Notes under the pieces: generated by a model
Database searches by the model: none
The model's input: the letters and a program-made list of their open reading frames with translations, nothing else
What the model was told of the DNA's origin: nothing
Origin: the human T2T-CHM13v2.0 reference genome, Homo sapiens
Length of the DNA: 64,000 nucleotides
NCBI RefSeq assembly: GCF_009914755.1
Contig: NC_060943.1
Direction: 5' to 3' (one strand)
In this document: positions 1 to 26,774 of the stretch, piece after piece
Position numbering within the stretch: position 1 is the first letter of the stretch
Layout: every line of letters starts with the position of its first letter
Made by a program: the position numbers and the translations under genes

Positions 1-204
<204 letters not shown>

Positions 205-262
205 CTAGCCAGAAACAAAAGATGATCCTACAAGTCGATACAACAGGAACAGAAAATTATAA

Positions 263-568
<306 letters not shown>

Positions 569-1404
569 GCCAAGAACAGAACATTCTAGTCTGATGCTGT
601 TGCAGCCTCTGGACAGCTCCAGGAAATTGACACGTGTTACAAAGGTGTTAAAGACGCAATAGCACCAAGCTAAGCCTTCCTGCAGGCCAAGGCTTGAAGA
701 GAACAAAGGAGAGAATGTTGTCCCCAGGGGCATGCCTCAACCCTCCAAGTTCCACACTGTGAAAAACACTCAGACTGGGAGGTAGGACATGGTGGGTTCT
801 GGGTCTCTTTCCTGTCTGCTGATCGTGGTGAGCTGGCACGCACACTGAGGGTGTGAGTCATTGTTGGGTGAAAAGTTCAGTCAATGAACATTCGCTGCTT
901 CTTCAGGAGCGTTGTGGGGGAGGGGGCTCTTCCCACTCTCCCACCCTCCTCTTCCTTTTCTGCCAGACCAACCTCTGCCTAGGAGCCTCCCAGAACCTGG
1001 TAATTAGCTCCATTGTGGTTTTGTTGAGATAACTCCAGGGGAACCATCAGCCGCCCATCACTGTGTACAAACAGGACCCTTCATACCAAGTTCAGGATTG
1101 TCTGCAAAGAACTCAGCCTTAAATTCCTGCCAGACAGGTCCAAAACATCTCCCCTAAACTTTCCCTGTGCCAGAGATTCCACTATCGTTGCACGTTACTT
1201 CGAATTAAATGTTGTTCTCCCTGCTCCTCTCTCTGTCTCTTTCTCCTCACAAATTCGCTTCAAACGCCAAAGGGAAGAGGAGCAGATAGGAACATCCTAT
1301 TTGCTGCACACCTGCTCTGTGCTGGGCTCCATGTGGGGTTCACTTGGGGGTCCCCTGATTTAGCTGATTTGGTAAGCGTTGGAGGATTTGGGGAGGCATG
1401 GGTT

Positions 1405-2625
1405 AGGAAAACACTCAACAACTAGGCACAGAATGAAGCTTTCTCAACCTAGTAAAAGGCATCTACAGTCAGTATCATACTTTATGGTGAAAGACTGGAT
1501 GTTTTCCCCCTAAGATTAGGAACAAGATGAGAATGCTCCCTCCCACCACTTCTATTCAACATTGTACTGAAGCCTATAACCAGGCAACTAGGTGAGAAAA
1601 TAACATAAAAGGCATTCATATTGGAAAGGAAGAAATTAAACTATCTCTATTTGCACATGACATCATTTTGCATGTAGAAAATCCTAAGGGATCCACTAAA
1701 GACCTATAAAACTAGTAAATGAATTCATCAAGGCGGCAAGATATGAAATCAATACACAAAAATCCATTGTATTTCCTATGCAGTGGCAATGAACAAACGA
1801 AATGAAATTAAGAAACCAATTCCATTTACAATTGATGAAAAAGAATAAAATACTTAGGAATATATTTCCAAAAGAAGTGCAAAGCTTATACTATAAAAAA
1901 TAACAAAAGGTTGAAAGATTAAATTAAAGAAGACTTAACTAAATGGAAAGACATCCCATGCTCATGGATTGGAAGAATAATATTGTTAAGATGTCTATAC
2001 TCCCCAAATTGATCTAAAGATTAAACCCAATCCCTATCAAAATTTCAGTTAGCTTCTTTGCAGAAATTGGCAAGCTGATCCTAAAATTCATGTGAAAATG
2101 TTCGAGGAACTTAGAACAGCCAAAACAATCTTGAAAAAGAACAAAGTTGGAGGACTCAGACTTCCCAATTTCAAAACTTATTACAACCTACTGTAACCAG
2201 GACAATGATGTACTGGCATAAGAATAGACATTCAGATCAATGGGGTAGAATTGAAAGTGCAGAAAAAACCCTCATATCTATGGTCAATTGATTTCCATCA
2301 AGTTGTCAATTCAGTGGGGAAAGAATAGTCTTTTCAACAAGTGGGGCCAGGACAATTCCATATTCACATGCTAAAGAATGAAGTTGAATCCCCACCTCAC
2401 ACCATATACAAAAATCAACTCAACATGGATGATAGACCTAAATGGAAGAGCTTAAACTATAAAACTCTTAGGAAAAAATGCAGAGGAATAAATCTTAATG
2501 ATCTTGAATTAGGCAATGGATTCTTTTGAGGTTCCTTTCCAGGTGATTAAAATATTCTAAAATTAAAATGTTAAAAATGTTCTAAAATAAAATAAAAATG
2601 TTTAAAAATGTTCTAAAATGTGGAT
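1405..2625 (+). mobile_element. Old L1 (L1M-type) ORF2 fragment, degenerate, joined to a small 3'-end remnant
   Basis: ctatctctatttgcacatgacatcattttgcatgtagaaaatcct reads LSLFAHDIILHVENP (decayed RT FADD motif); tggaaagacatcccatgctcatggattggaaga reads WKDIPCSWIGR; many stops. Confidence 0.92.
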
Positions 2626-2633
2626 GATTGGTG

Positions 2634-2772
2634 ATGATGATGTCCCTTATACAAAGGGGAAATTTGGACACAGAGACAGACCCATATAGAGGGGAGATGA
2701 TGTGAAGAAGAGACACAGGGAGAAGGCGGCCGTCTGCAAGCCAAGGAGCGAGACCTCGGAAGTAACACATCC
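2634..2772 (+). mobile_element. MLT1-type MaLR LTR fragment (inverted duplicate of 3188-3328)
   Basis: gtcccttatacaaaggggaaatttggacacagagac...gcaagccaaggag is typical MLT1; reverse complement of 3188-3328. Confidence 0.85.
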
Positions 2773-3482
<710 letters not shown>

Positions 3483-4012
3483 AAGACCCTTTCCCTGACA
3501 GTGGCTTCACTGATACCCCTCAAGGACTTTACCTACTCCTGGACAAGGAGCTTGACATCCCCATGACATATGACAAGAGATGCTAGACCCTAGCCCATAA
3601 ATCATGAGCACCCTTTGTTGATTGCAATAAGATCCAGGTTTTGGGAGAGGCAAGGGGATGCCATGCAGCCAGCCTCCCAGCTCTAGGGCCTGGCTGGCAC
3701 ATGTAAAGATCAAGGGCTTTATTCTCCCACTCTCCCTGGGGGACGCAATGACAAATTCAGATCAGGCCTCCGTTGTCTCCTGCCAGCTGGCGGTGCAGAC
3801 AGGGCCTCTTGGTTCATCCCTTCTCAAGGAGAAAGGCTTGGATTCTCCACCAGGTGGGGTCTGTGCTGGGTATTGTGTGTAGAGTCAGAGGGACATGCCT
3901 GGCAGTGTCATCTGGACCCCTGCCACAAGCCTCACCAAGCCAAGGGCCTTCCAGTGCCATCAGTGTGGGCCCTGACTGTGGTACTTGAAACTTTGAGAGG
4001 CTACAACTTATT

Positions 4013-4727
<715 letters not shown>

Positions 4728-4947
4728 TCACAAAGTGATTTTAAGTTCTACGCACTGAGCATGAAACACTATGGTATGGTCGCCTGCCAAAATTACTCAC
4801 GTCTAAGAACAGATGATTCCCCTTGAGCTTGTTAATGTCCCTAGGATTTGTTAATATCATGGTTGGGTCTTTATTGTTTTTCTTTGTAACTTTTTTGTCT
4901 TCCTTATTCATTTGACTTGTTACATTGTTACTTGCGCTCGTGTTTTA

Positions 4948-6366
<1,419 letters not shown>

Positions 6367-7383
6367 CTAAAAGCAAACAAGTGGATGTAAATAAAATATT
6401 AAGTAACTGATGGTATGCACAGCACAGGAGGAAGTTTTTTGAGGAGGACTAAAGTGAGGACAGGTTGAATCACCTCCTTGAAATGTGCTGACACCCAGGC
6501 AGCATGGGCTTTCATAGACCCATTTTACAGTGGAAGAAACTGAGGCTTGGGGTGGTGGAGTCACTGGCCCAGGGACATGTTTGGAACACAGGTCAGCCCT
6601 ACTACAGAAGCTGTGCTCTTTCCTTCCCTGGCGGTCCTGCCTCTGGATGTTTTCTCGAACTGTTCCAACCAGCTGGCTTTTCCTCTGCCCATCTCTGCCA
6701 CTTTTTGCCCCTGCCACCTCCAGGAAGCCCTCCTGACTCTTCCAGCCCATTGCCCCTGGGTCTTTCATCACTATGACAGCTGGGCTGGGGTCTGGCACAG
6801 GAAGGGGCTTATCTACCTGTCCCACAGAAGAGAGCACACCATGGAGCTGGCCGGATACCTGTTGAGTTTGTGAGACCTTGCATTGGTGTGAAAAGGGTTA
6901 ACTCACTTCATTTGCATACTGTGCCCAGATTCGTCTTGGGAATACACTGCAGCATAATTGAAGAGAGGAAGGGGAGTTGCAGATACCCTGGAGGGGTGGA
7001 TGAAGGGGAAAGGGCTTATTCTGAGCAAAACGAGAGGATCCTGAGCTGGGGGAGGGGAAAGGATGTAGGGCACAGATCACCCTAACTGTTGTGGGGCCAC
7101 TGAGAATGATATTCTTCTTCCCAGGGCACACCAACTTCTTTTTTCCTGCATGTTTTCCATATTTTTCCCTCAGACTATAATAAGGTTAATCTTGGTTTAC
7201 ATAGTTCGGACACATAGCACATCCTTCTGAAAGTTGAGCAAACAGCAATCTTAATGGGCAATTCAACCCACTCCGTGTTAACCACTATGCAGACCAGCGT
7301 GTAAGTCAATCAATAAATATCCATGAGCGGCTTCTAGTTGAGTTTAATCACATGCAGTTCTTAGAGTAGCACACGGCACATAG

Positions 7384-7706
<323 letters not shown>

Positions 7707-8389
7707 GATATTGTTATTTCACACCTTCAGAGGAGACAGCAGGCGTGGATGTGAACTTAACCCTCCCGCTGCCACCCTTGCTGGCTCCCACCCACCCTGG
7801 CCCACAGGGAATGGCTTGGACCAGGAGGCTGAGACCATGAGACGGCGAGTGGGATCGTCCTGGCAGCGGAGATGTTGCTCAGGATAAAACGGGAAGGGCT
7901 AAATAAATCTGCTTGAGATGTGTCCCAATTACCCGCTCAAACTCCTCTGCCTGTGCCTGGCACTCTGGGGCCCTGGAGAGGGGAGTTTTTCTGATGCCCT
8001 AGAGGCTCGGGGCTGCTGCAGCATTTCAGATGCAGCACACCAGTCCCCCAGCCTGTGGTCCCTGTCCTTGTCCCCCAATATTGTCATAACTTTTTTTGGG
8101 GAGCGGAGGAACAGAAAGAAACCCAAATATTGGGATGTTTCTGAGCTGGGAAGGCCCCGACATAGAACAACAGAACCTTCCATTGGATGACCACTTGTTA
8201 TGTGCTGTGGGCCAAGACCTTCCCAGGCAGCTGGGCAGCAAAAATCCACGCTATGAGATCAGACTGATTATTTTTGTTCCCTTTTTGCAGCTGAGCAAAC
8301 TGAGGCTCAGAGAGGAAAGGGTGGTACTGACCCTCCAATAGCTTGGGAGAGGCAGGGCTGGGCTTCCGGCCTTAGGTCTGACTCCGGCT

Positions 8390-9420
<1,031 letters not shown>

Positions 9421-10419
9421 AGAAGTAGCCAGTCTGGGGACAGACAGAGACAGAGTGACCCTCAGCCAAGCTTCTGACCCGCTTGCAGGCTTTCTGGGGC
9501 CTGGACAACCTGCAGGCACCAATGAGGGCCACATGCTCATCATTAACCCAGATGATGGGGGTTCAGGGGGCTGCTGCCTGATCAGGATTTGACCCACGGG
9601 TGTGCACCAATCAGAGTTAGTACACAGAACTCCCAAGTCTCCTGGCCTCTCCAGCTGCTACCCCCAGGCCCTGTGCAGCAAGGTCGAGGAGGACACACCC
9701 CCACCCCCAGACCGGGCCGCCTGTGCCCCCAGTGACTCTGTGTATTGGCTCCTGTTCTACCCTTTTGCATAGCTGTGCATTCCCCTGAGCACTTTAGCAG
9801 GAGCCCCCAGAGGGCGGAGCAGGAGGCACCGGTGACATCATTCTCAGGGCCAGCCACTCCCAGTGTGCACCAGACCTGATCAAGATCCAAAGACGACCAG
9901 AGTTCCCAGATGACACTGGGGCTGCAGGCGGCGCCTGAAATAGCATTTCACGAGCGCAGCCTCTGTTCCAGGCACTGTTCCTGGGGCTTTGCAATGACCC
10001 CTGCCCTCGCAGTCCTAGGTCTGTGCTGTTACTGCCACATTTTATGGGCGAGACGCAGAAAGCCTGAGCACCAGCCCATGCCTGCACAACACAGCCAGGA
10101 TTGGAAACTGTCTCTGGGCAAAGGCTGTCCCTAGGTCTCTGGTGGGAGCCCGCTCTGCCCTCAAATCAAGGGAAAGGTGAGGGGCCTGAAAGGTCAGTAA
10201 TCAGTGGATTTCTCAGAGCAGAGATCCCTTCCCAATACGAACTAGACTTGCATACTTCCAGGGATGGGACCCTCACTCCCTGTACAGGAGAGGTGCCTTG
10301 GTTTTGGACAATGCTGAGAGTTAGACAATGTTTCCTTTCAGCCACTTGGGCTCCCTCTCCTTCTTTTAATCTCCCTCCTTTGACTCTGCTCCTCCTCTTC
10401 GGAAACTGCGCAGAAAAAA

Positions 10420-10600
10420 AATCGCCCTCTCCCCTCCTTTCCTCTCTTCTCCATCCTTCCTCTTTCTTTCCTCTCCCTCCACATCTTTCTCTACTTCCTC
10501 CCCCCCATCTCCCTTTCTCCTTCCTGTCCCTTTTTCCTCTCTCTTCTCCTCTCCATTCTCCCACCCCTTCCTCCCCTCCTCTCCTCTCCTCTTCCTCCAT
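10420..10600. repeat. CT-rich low-complexity tract
   Basis: ~180 bp almost purely C/T. Confidence 0.9.
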
Positions 10601-11149
10601 GAAATATTTTCAGCTGTTCCTCTGAGTATCAGAACTTGATAGAAAAGATGATTCCCCGAATTTGGAGTCAGACACTTCACTGCCTCAAAACTGTGTCGCC
10701 CTGGGCAAGTCATATCATCTCTTTGAGCCTCCATTTCCTCATCTGTTAAAAAAAAAAAAAAGTGATATTCCCTGTTTTGGTTTCCCCTGTAGCCTCAGTG
10801 ACTAGCTCAGGGCCTGGGACACAGTAGTTGCTCAATAAGTGTTTGCCAAATGAATGAATGTTGGCACCCTTTCTTTTTCCTTTCACTTCTGGGCCCATTG
10901 ATTATTCCTTGTGTGCCCCAAATCCAACCCTGCTCAAGAGAGGGCTTGGCTGGACCTTGTGACCAGTGTGGAACTGAAAAATTAGACAAAGTCTGCCTCC
11001 TGGCTTTCTTCCTCGTTGAACAATTTGCATTTAAATCATGAACTGTAATAGTTAGTTATGTCATTAGCTGCTTAACATGTCTTCCCACGCATTCTGTGTG
11101 CCAAGAGGGCAGGGCGGGGAGTTTTATTCACATTGTTCATGCTTGTAGT

Positions 11150-11170
11150 TCCAGCACCTCGGACAGCACC
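11150..11170 (+). promoter_or_regulatory. REST/NRSF RE1 site inside an L2 3'-end remnant
   Basis: TCCAGCACCTCGGACAGCACC vs consensus TTCAGCACCACGGACAGCGCC (18/21, both half-site cores intact, canonical 2-bp spacer). Confidence 0.8.
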
Positions 11171-12282
11171 TGTCACACATTAGGTGCTCAATAAATGCCT
11201 GTGTGGTGGCTGAGGGGTGGGGTGGGAGGATGAACATAGCATGCTATAACCTTTTCTGCTTCCTTTTTCCTTATGCTCCAATCTATGAAGTTTTCTGAAT
11301 CAAACACACTCCTCTTAGTGAGGTTCCAGGCAGAGAACGTGGCATGATCACCTCCCTTTTTTTGCGCTCCATACTCCTGTTAATGCAATCAGCACTTTTC
11401 TCCCTTTTTCTGCTTTTCTTCTTCAGGAGAGGAAAATGTTAAAAATGTGATGATGCAGTCGGAAGTGTTTTAAGCCTTCAGACAATTCAGACTTGAGAAT
11501 CAAGTGATGGAGGAAGAGCTAAAAAAAAATACATTCTCGTTTATTAGGAGGAGAAAGAAAGTGCCATCTCAAAAAGATCGAGGCTCGTTAATGCTGGAAT
11601 ATAAAGATAGACACTTCCTGTCCTCGACAGGCAAACTTCACCCACAGCTGTGGGCGCCAGGCCCTCAAGAGTGGCTGGGGCAGGACGGCTACAAAGAGAA
11701 TTTGATTGCTCCGGAGTTGAAGCCCAACGTGTTCGAGGAGTCATGCCAAGATTCAGTGAAGGTCACACAGGATGCGAGCTGCTGTGGGGAGGGGTTGTCC
11801 TTGGGACTCTCCTAGGACACGGGAAGGCTCCACCTCCATGAGAAGAGGATTCATCTTCCTAGTCTGTTACATGCAAAGGTCTCGTCTGAGCCAAGTCTTG
11901 CACAGATGTCCCTTTTCCCGGGGAAGGAAGTTTCTAGCAAACACCCAGGTACTGACTGCATGACCTTGGGCACATGTCACCCTCTCGCTGGGCCTCAGTT
12001 TCCCCATCTGCCAAATGTAGAGAATATTTTAATACTTAACACGCTAATAGTAGCTATGATGGGTTGCTGTTATTATTAGCTGTTCTTACTCTTCTTATTG
12101 TTGCTTCCATAATACCCCTGCCAGGGTGTTTGTCCAGCCAGCGAGGATTTTCTTGACCCTCTGTCCCTTTGACACATCACTAGCTACCTCACTCACTGTG
12201 TGACCCCACCCTCTGGTCTCAACAGATTGGACCTGGGTGGCTATCACCACCCAGGTTATACAAACAGGCTGAGCCAATATGA

Positions 12283-12746
<464 letters not shown>

Positions 12747-13904
12747 CCCAGAGGAATTTTTTAACAGGGAAGGGATTCCATGTCTGGCTTTAAAAGGTCG
12801 ATCTAGCACATGAAGGAGCAACGTTTCCTGAAAAGTGAAAAGTCAGCCTATATTTATCCAATGACCCCGATGGCACAACCAGCTCATTGATGAGAAATAT
12901 TTAATAGCTGTTTGGGGCTGCGTTGAGAAGGATTCTGAGCCTGTGGCTCAGTTCTGCAGGGAAAGGAGTGCTGCAATTTATTAGTGATGCCTGGGCCTTG
13001 ACTCCCTGGGAAAGAGTTCTGTTATTGATTAGTGATGCCTGCCATGGACCATTGCATGGACCCTGGTGTTCTGTTTGTTATACATTTGCCTTCCCCGGGT
13101 TAAGTAGCTGCTGCTTCTCAGAGAAAATCCTCCACACCCTCCTACAGAGGACAGTAGGATGGCTCCAGACTCAGACAGTCAGGGGTTCCAGTCTTGGCTG
13201 GACTGCTTTCTCGCTGTGTGACTTTAGACATGTGGCTTCTCATCTCTGTGCTTCATGTTTTCTCCTCTGCAAAGCGGGAACAGAAATCTCACCCACACAG
13301 AGTTCTTTTGCAAATAGTTTTAAGTATCCGGCATGCCGTAGGGTTCTGCTGAGGTTGATATTGGCCTCTCCAGGGCCCCCTCACTGCAGCCCAAGGTCTG
13401 AAGGTAAATCAGTTTTATTTCCAGCTCCAGCTCCAAGGTGGGTTCCAACTCTGCCCTTGAGACCTGGCAGACACCCTCAGCTGCATCTTGCACCTGGGGT
13501 TTGTTCCCAGTGCTGCCACAGACATGCTCCCACTTGGTGGTGGCGTGCATGAAACAAGATGGACGCAGGGACCGTTTGGCTTGGAACTCTCCTGGGGAGG
13601 AGGTCCCCACACCTGGCGTCCACTCACCTCCCGGCAAGGGTGATTCTTGCCAGCCTGAGTGGGGACTGTTCCGTGCCTGGCTGCTTCCAGCACTTGGCCT
13701 GATGTCCCGCCATCAACATTTATGTCTGCAGGTGGCTGGGACCACTCTGCCTTCTCTGTGAATTGGCATGGACTGGAGGGACTTTGGGGAGCTGAGGGAG
13801 AAGTGGACAGCTCAGCAGCATCTTGCTGGTGCCTGACCGAGAGATGACTTTGGAGACTTTTCTCCAGAGACTTTTCTCTTTGGAGAACAATAAAAATACA
13901 GAGT

Positions 13905-14685
<781 letters not shown>

Positions 14686-14819
14686 AACTGGAATCAGGTC
14701 AGGCCACCCCTTCTCCAGACCCTTCCACGGGCCTCCTCCAGTGCTCTCCCCATAAAGTTCATATTCCTCCCCAGACCCCCTGCCCATCTCTGAGCCTCAG
14801 TTTGTTCACCTGTCAAATG

Positions 14820-14930
14820 GGTCTATGAGCCATCAGACTGTGAGCCCACAATTGGCCATCTTGTTCCTTGCTGTATCCCCAGCACCTAGAACAGCACCAG
14901 ACACACAGCAGGTGCCTAATAAATGAATGG
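14820..14930 (+). mobile_element. L2 3' terminus
   Basis: ctgtatccccagcacctagaacagcacc...aggtgcctaataaatgaatg. Confidence 0.8.
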
Positions 14931-15675
14931 AGGAATAAGCAAGCAAACCAATCAGCAAATTCATTCACACTTACAGGCTCAGCTCTGTCCTTCTGTGGCC
15001 TCAGTGACTCCTGCCTGGTCCACCTCTGGCTGCCTCTCTGAGCTCCGTCTTTCTGGGATTGATGAGTTGGGTCTAAGCAGAGGCCCAGGGTACAGATGTC
15101 ACTGTGGCCTCTGTGTCCCCCACCTGTGTCCCCGCAGCTCCCGGGCTGCAGCCTGTGAGGGAAGACAGATGGGCTCATAATGTCCAATGAATCATAGCCA
15201 CTGCATCCCAGCCTGGACACATGCCCAGCCCACTCATCCGCGGGTCTGTGACATGTAAGAGTTGGCGCTACTCTTCCCCTGTGTGTGCCAGACCCTGTGT
15301 GGCCACCTGGGTTGGTGTCATCCAGGGGAAATAACAGGCTTTGTTCTCCCCGCCCCATCTGACCGGTTTTCTCCTCTCTGCCACAAAAGTCAACATTCTG
15401 GACAAGGGTGGGAGGAAGTAGTGCTTCCACATTTCGCAGGAGGACTAACATTAATTAAGCACTTAATATGTAATGGGCACCATTTGGAGCCCTTTATTAC
15501 AATTTCCACATTTAATCCTCCAACAATCCTATTACCAGCCCCATTTTACAGATGGGGAAACTGAGGCACAAGTGACTTGCCCAAGGCGCAGAGCCACCAA
15601 GAGTGCTTATGGCAGTATTGTCTCCAATAGCAAAAATGGAAGCAACCTAGATGTCCACCCATGGGGAATGATTAA

Positions 15676-18961
<3,286 letters not shown>

Positions 18962-19487
18962 TCACCTCTCTGTGCCTTAGTGTCCTTATCTACAAAGCAA
19001 GCATGATGAATACCAGCTCAGAAGGATGAGGATGAGGCTGTACTGCATTAATACTAATAGGGTGCTGGAAGTAGGGTTTGGCATAACACAGGTGCCATCT
19101 AAGCATTTCTCTTGAGTTGGGTACTCTTTTCTGCCTTTATCTATCCAAACAAAGAAATGTCTAAAACTCAAGTTTTTGAATGCGGAACGAAGGGTGTATG
19201 GAGAGTGTTTAGCTCCTGGTGCCCAGCCCATGTTTGGCATCTGCAGCCTCTGGGCTGGTGAGCTCACCCCTTCTCTTCTCCACTCCTTCCCCGGACCATC
19301 CCCAGTAACCCAGCCTCAGAGCAAGTGATGCAACCTGGGGAAACCGAGTCCCTCTGGCCACGGGTGCTCCCACCACACCTTGCCTGCATGGAAGATGGAG
19401 GGCCTCCTAGCATTTTGTTCTCAGGGGATGTGGAACGAGGATGGGAAGTGCCTCCCAGTCACCTTAATTAGCATCTCAGAGGAGCTG

Positions 19488-19501
19488 GTTGCCATGACAT
19501 C
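19488..19501. promoter_or_regulatory. RFX X-box-like motif
   Basis: GTTGCCATGACATC vs GTTGCCATGGCAAC; in non-repeat DNA next to TTAATTAGCAT. Confidence 0.55.
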
Positions 19502-19765
19502 GGGAGGAAGTTGCTGGCCGGGGCGGAGCCTGGCCCAGGTTGCCCCAGGAGGGACCCCATTTCTCTCCACCCACCAGTGGCTGGCCTGGCCAAGTCCCTC
19601 AGCTCTGGACTCAGGCTAAGTTGGGTTTCCATCCAAGCTTTACTTCTCACCATCTGAGACTTTTCCTCTTCTGGGAAGTAGAAACTAATTTTAAAAAGTC
19701 TTCCTAGGAATATTGGGAGAATTTAATGGGATATAAAATGCCCAGTGCTGGGTTCGGAGACTTAA

Positions 19766-21170
<1,405 letters not shown>

Positions 21171-21974
21171 TGAATGACTCATTTCTAAGTTCATTGGTTG
21201 GTGGGGGGGTGGGTCTGGTCCACAAACACTTCCCAACCTGAGGATAAGGAGGCCACCCTCTAAGCAGTATCTGGGGGCCAGCCTATGAAGCAAGCACGTC
21301 TATATAACCTCCCCTTTCCACCCCTCCTCTCAAGGGAGGAAGCTGGGGGTGCTGAGGCCCAGAGAGAGGCTCTGCCTTAGGTTATGCAGCAAACCTCTGC
21401 AGTGGTCTCTACCTCTCCATCTATCTATCTCTGTCCAGGTCTCCAGGGAGGGTATGAGAAGTAGAAATAAGATGTAGTGATTTAAAAAAAATAAAAGCAA
21501 GATTGATGCTGCTGCTAAAGGATCTTCTGATTCAGGAGACATCAGAGAGCAGCATTTTGGGTGCAAGTGGAGGTTGGGTCCTCCAACCTTGCTCCAGGGC
21601 CAGATAAGCCCCCCCCGGAGGGACTTTTTTCAGCTGGTGTGAATGTTGTGGGCCCTGAGACTTGGACCCCATAAGAGTCCCTCAGAGAAAGGCTGTGTGG
21701 GCAGGAGCTCTGCCCCATTCAAGTACAACCACAGCCTGGGAGAGCAAGGGACAGCCTGACAGGCTCTGGTCCGTTCAACCAACTCAAGTTAGTGATGATG
21801 CTGGCGAGGCCATGTGTTGGCAGTAGGGGGAAGGAGGCTCAGGAAGAAACCAAGGAGGCAAACTGGGTAGTACCTTGAGGATCTCAAGGGAATGGCCAGA
21901 GGGGCAGGTGGATGTGGCAGCACAAACCTGGAGATAGAACAGAGCATAGGGTGTAGAATGTGTAGACACTGAAG

Positions 21975-22750
21975 GGATGGGGGGGAGAATGGATGTGTTA
22001 GAATTATTGGATGGGTGGATGGATGGAGACATAAATGGTTGGGTGGATGGGTTACAGATGGGTGATGAGTGCTGCCTCCTGGCTTCAGCTGCTATGGGTG
22101 GATGATAGATGATAGACGGGAGAACGGATGATGGATGGATGGATGAATGATTGATCAATGAATGGGTAAGTAGGTAGATACATGGATCAGCCAGTGGGTG
22201 GATGGGTTATAGATGGATGATAGATCATGGGTGAGCAATGGATGGATGAATGAGTAAGTGGATGAGTGACTGGTGGATGGATTATGGATGGATAATAGAT
22301 CATGGATGGGTGACGGATGGATGACGGATGGATGGATAGGTAGGTGGATGAGTGGTTGGGTGGGTGGGTTATGGATGGATGATAGATGATAGATGGATGA
22401 ATGGATGGATGAATGAGGGATAGATGGTTGGATAGATGGGTAGGTGGGTGAATGGTTGGATGGATGGGTTATGGAAGGATGATTGGCGATGTATGGATGA
22501 ATGAGTAGATAAATGAATGAATGGATGGATGGGTTACGGATGAGTATAGATCATGGATGAGTGATAGATGAATATATGGATGAATGGATGGATTGATTCG
22601 TGGTTGGGTGGATGGGTTATGGTTGGATGATAGATGGTGGATAGACGGATGGATGAATGAATGATGGATCAATGAATGGGTAGGTAGGTATACAGATGGA
22701 TGAAAGCATGGGTGAATGGATGAATGGATTGTTGGATAGATAAATGGGTA
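21975..22750 (+). repeat. Degenerate (ATGG)n tract with higher-order unit
   Basis: Recurrent ggttgggtggatgggttatggatggatgatagat motif. Confidence 0.93.
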
Positions 22751-22947
22751 GCACTACTAACTGTAATGGCAACAGCCCAGTGATACCAGTTCTGCCTTAC
22801 CAAGAAGAATATGTACTGAGCACATGACTTCACTAAATCCTCAGACTGACTGAGTGTGGGGTTGGCTGTGGCCCTGATGCTTTCACTCTACACTCGGGGT
22901 ATCCGAGCTCTGATAACTGAATCCCTTCCTTAAAATCTTGGCGTTGT

Positions 22948-23270
<323 letters not shown>

Positions 23271-23279
23271 CTATTCTAA

Positions 23280-26390
<3,111 letters not shown>

Positions 26391-26539
26391 GAAGTCCTTT
26401 CCGTCTGGGCTTTCCTTGCCTCCTACTCTGAGCCACTAGTTTCTTCAGGCATCCTGAAGCGTGGACTTGCCTCCCGTTTGCTGCACACGGGCCCCCATCC
26501 CTGGCTCTGCTCCTTCTCTCACACCCTCAGTTCCCTAGT

Positions 26540-26680
26540 TTGAGGAAGTTTTTCTTCCGAGAACGTTCACGCAAGCCTTTCGCACCCTGGGCCAGCGACA
26601 CGTGAGCCTAGAAAAAAGCTTAAAGGTCAATGTCTATAACTGAATTTTCCTCTATATAAAAATAGCATCTTTGTAATCGT
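26540..26680 (+). promoter_or_regulatory. Candidate enhancer/core promoter
   Basis: GAGGAAGT (ETS), TTCCGAGAA (STAT GAS), CACGTG (E-box), AAAGGTCA (NBRE) and TATATAAAA (TATA-like, 26653) within 140 bp of non-repeat DNA. Confidence 0.45.
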
Positions 26681-26774
26681 TTAAATGGCTCTGAGGGAGG
26701 GAGAGAGGGAGCGAGAGAGAGAATGAGGGAGAGGACGAGAGGCACCGAGGGATGCTGTGTCTCCCAGCCAGCAG

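Noticed and set aside
600-620. RE1-like TTGCAGCCTCTGGACAGCTCC
   Set aside because: Only the right half-site is good; left half and spacing are off
12923-13552. 209-aa ORF
   Set aside because: Non-ATG start, crosses a MIR remnant (~13150-13340), no recognisable domain
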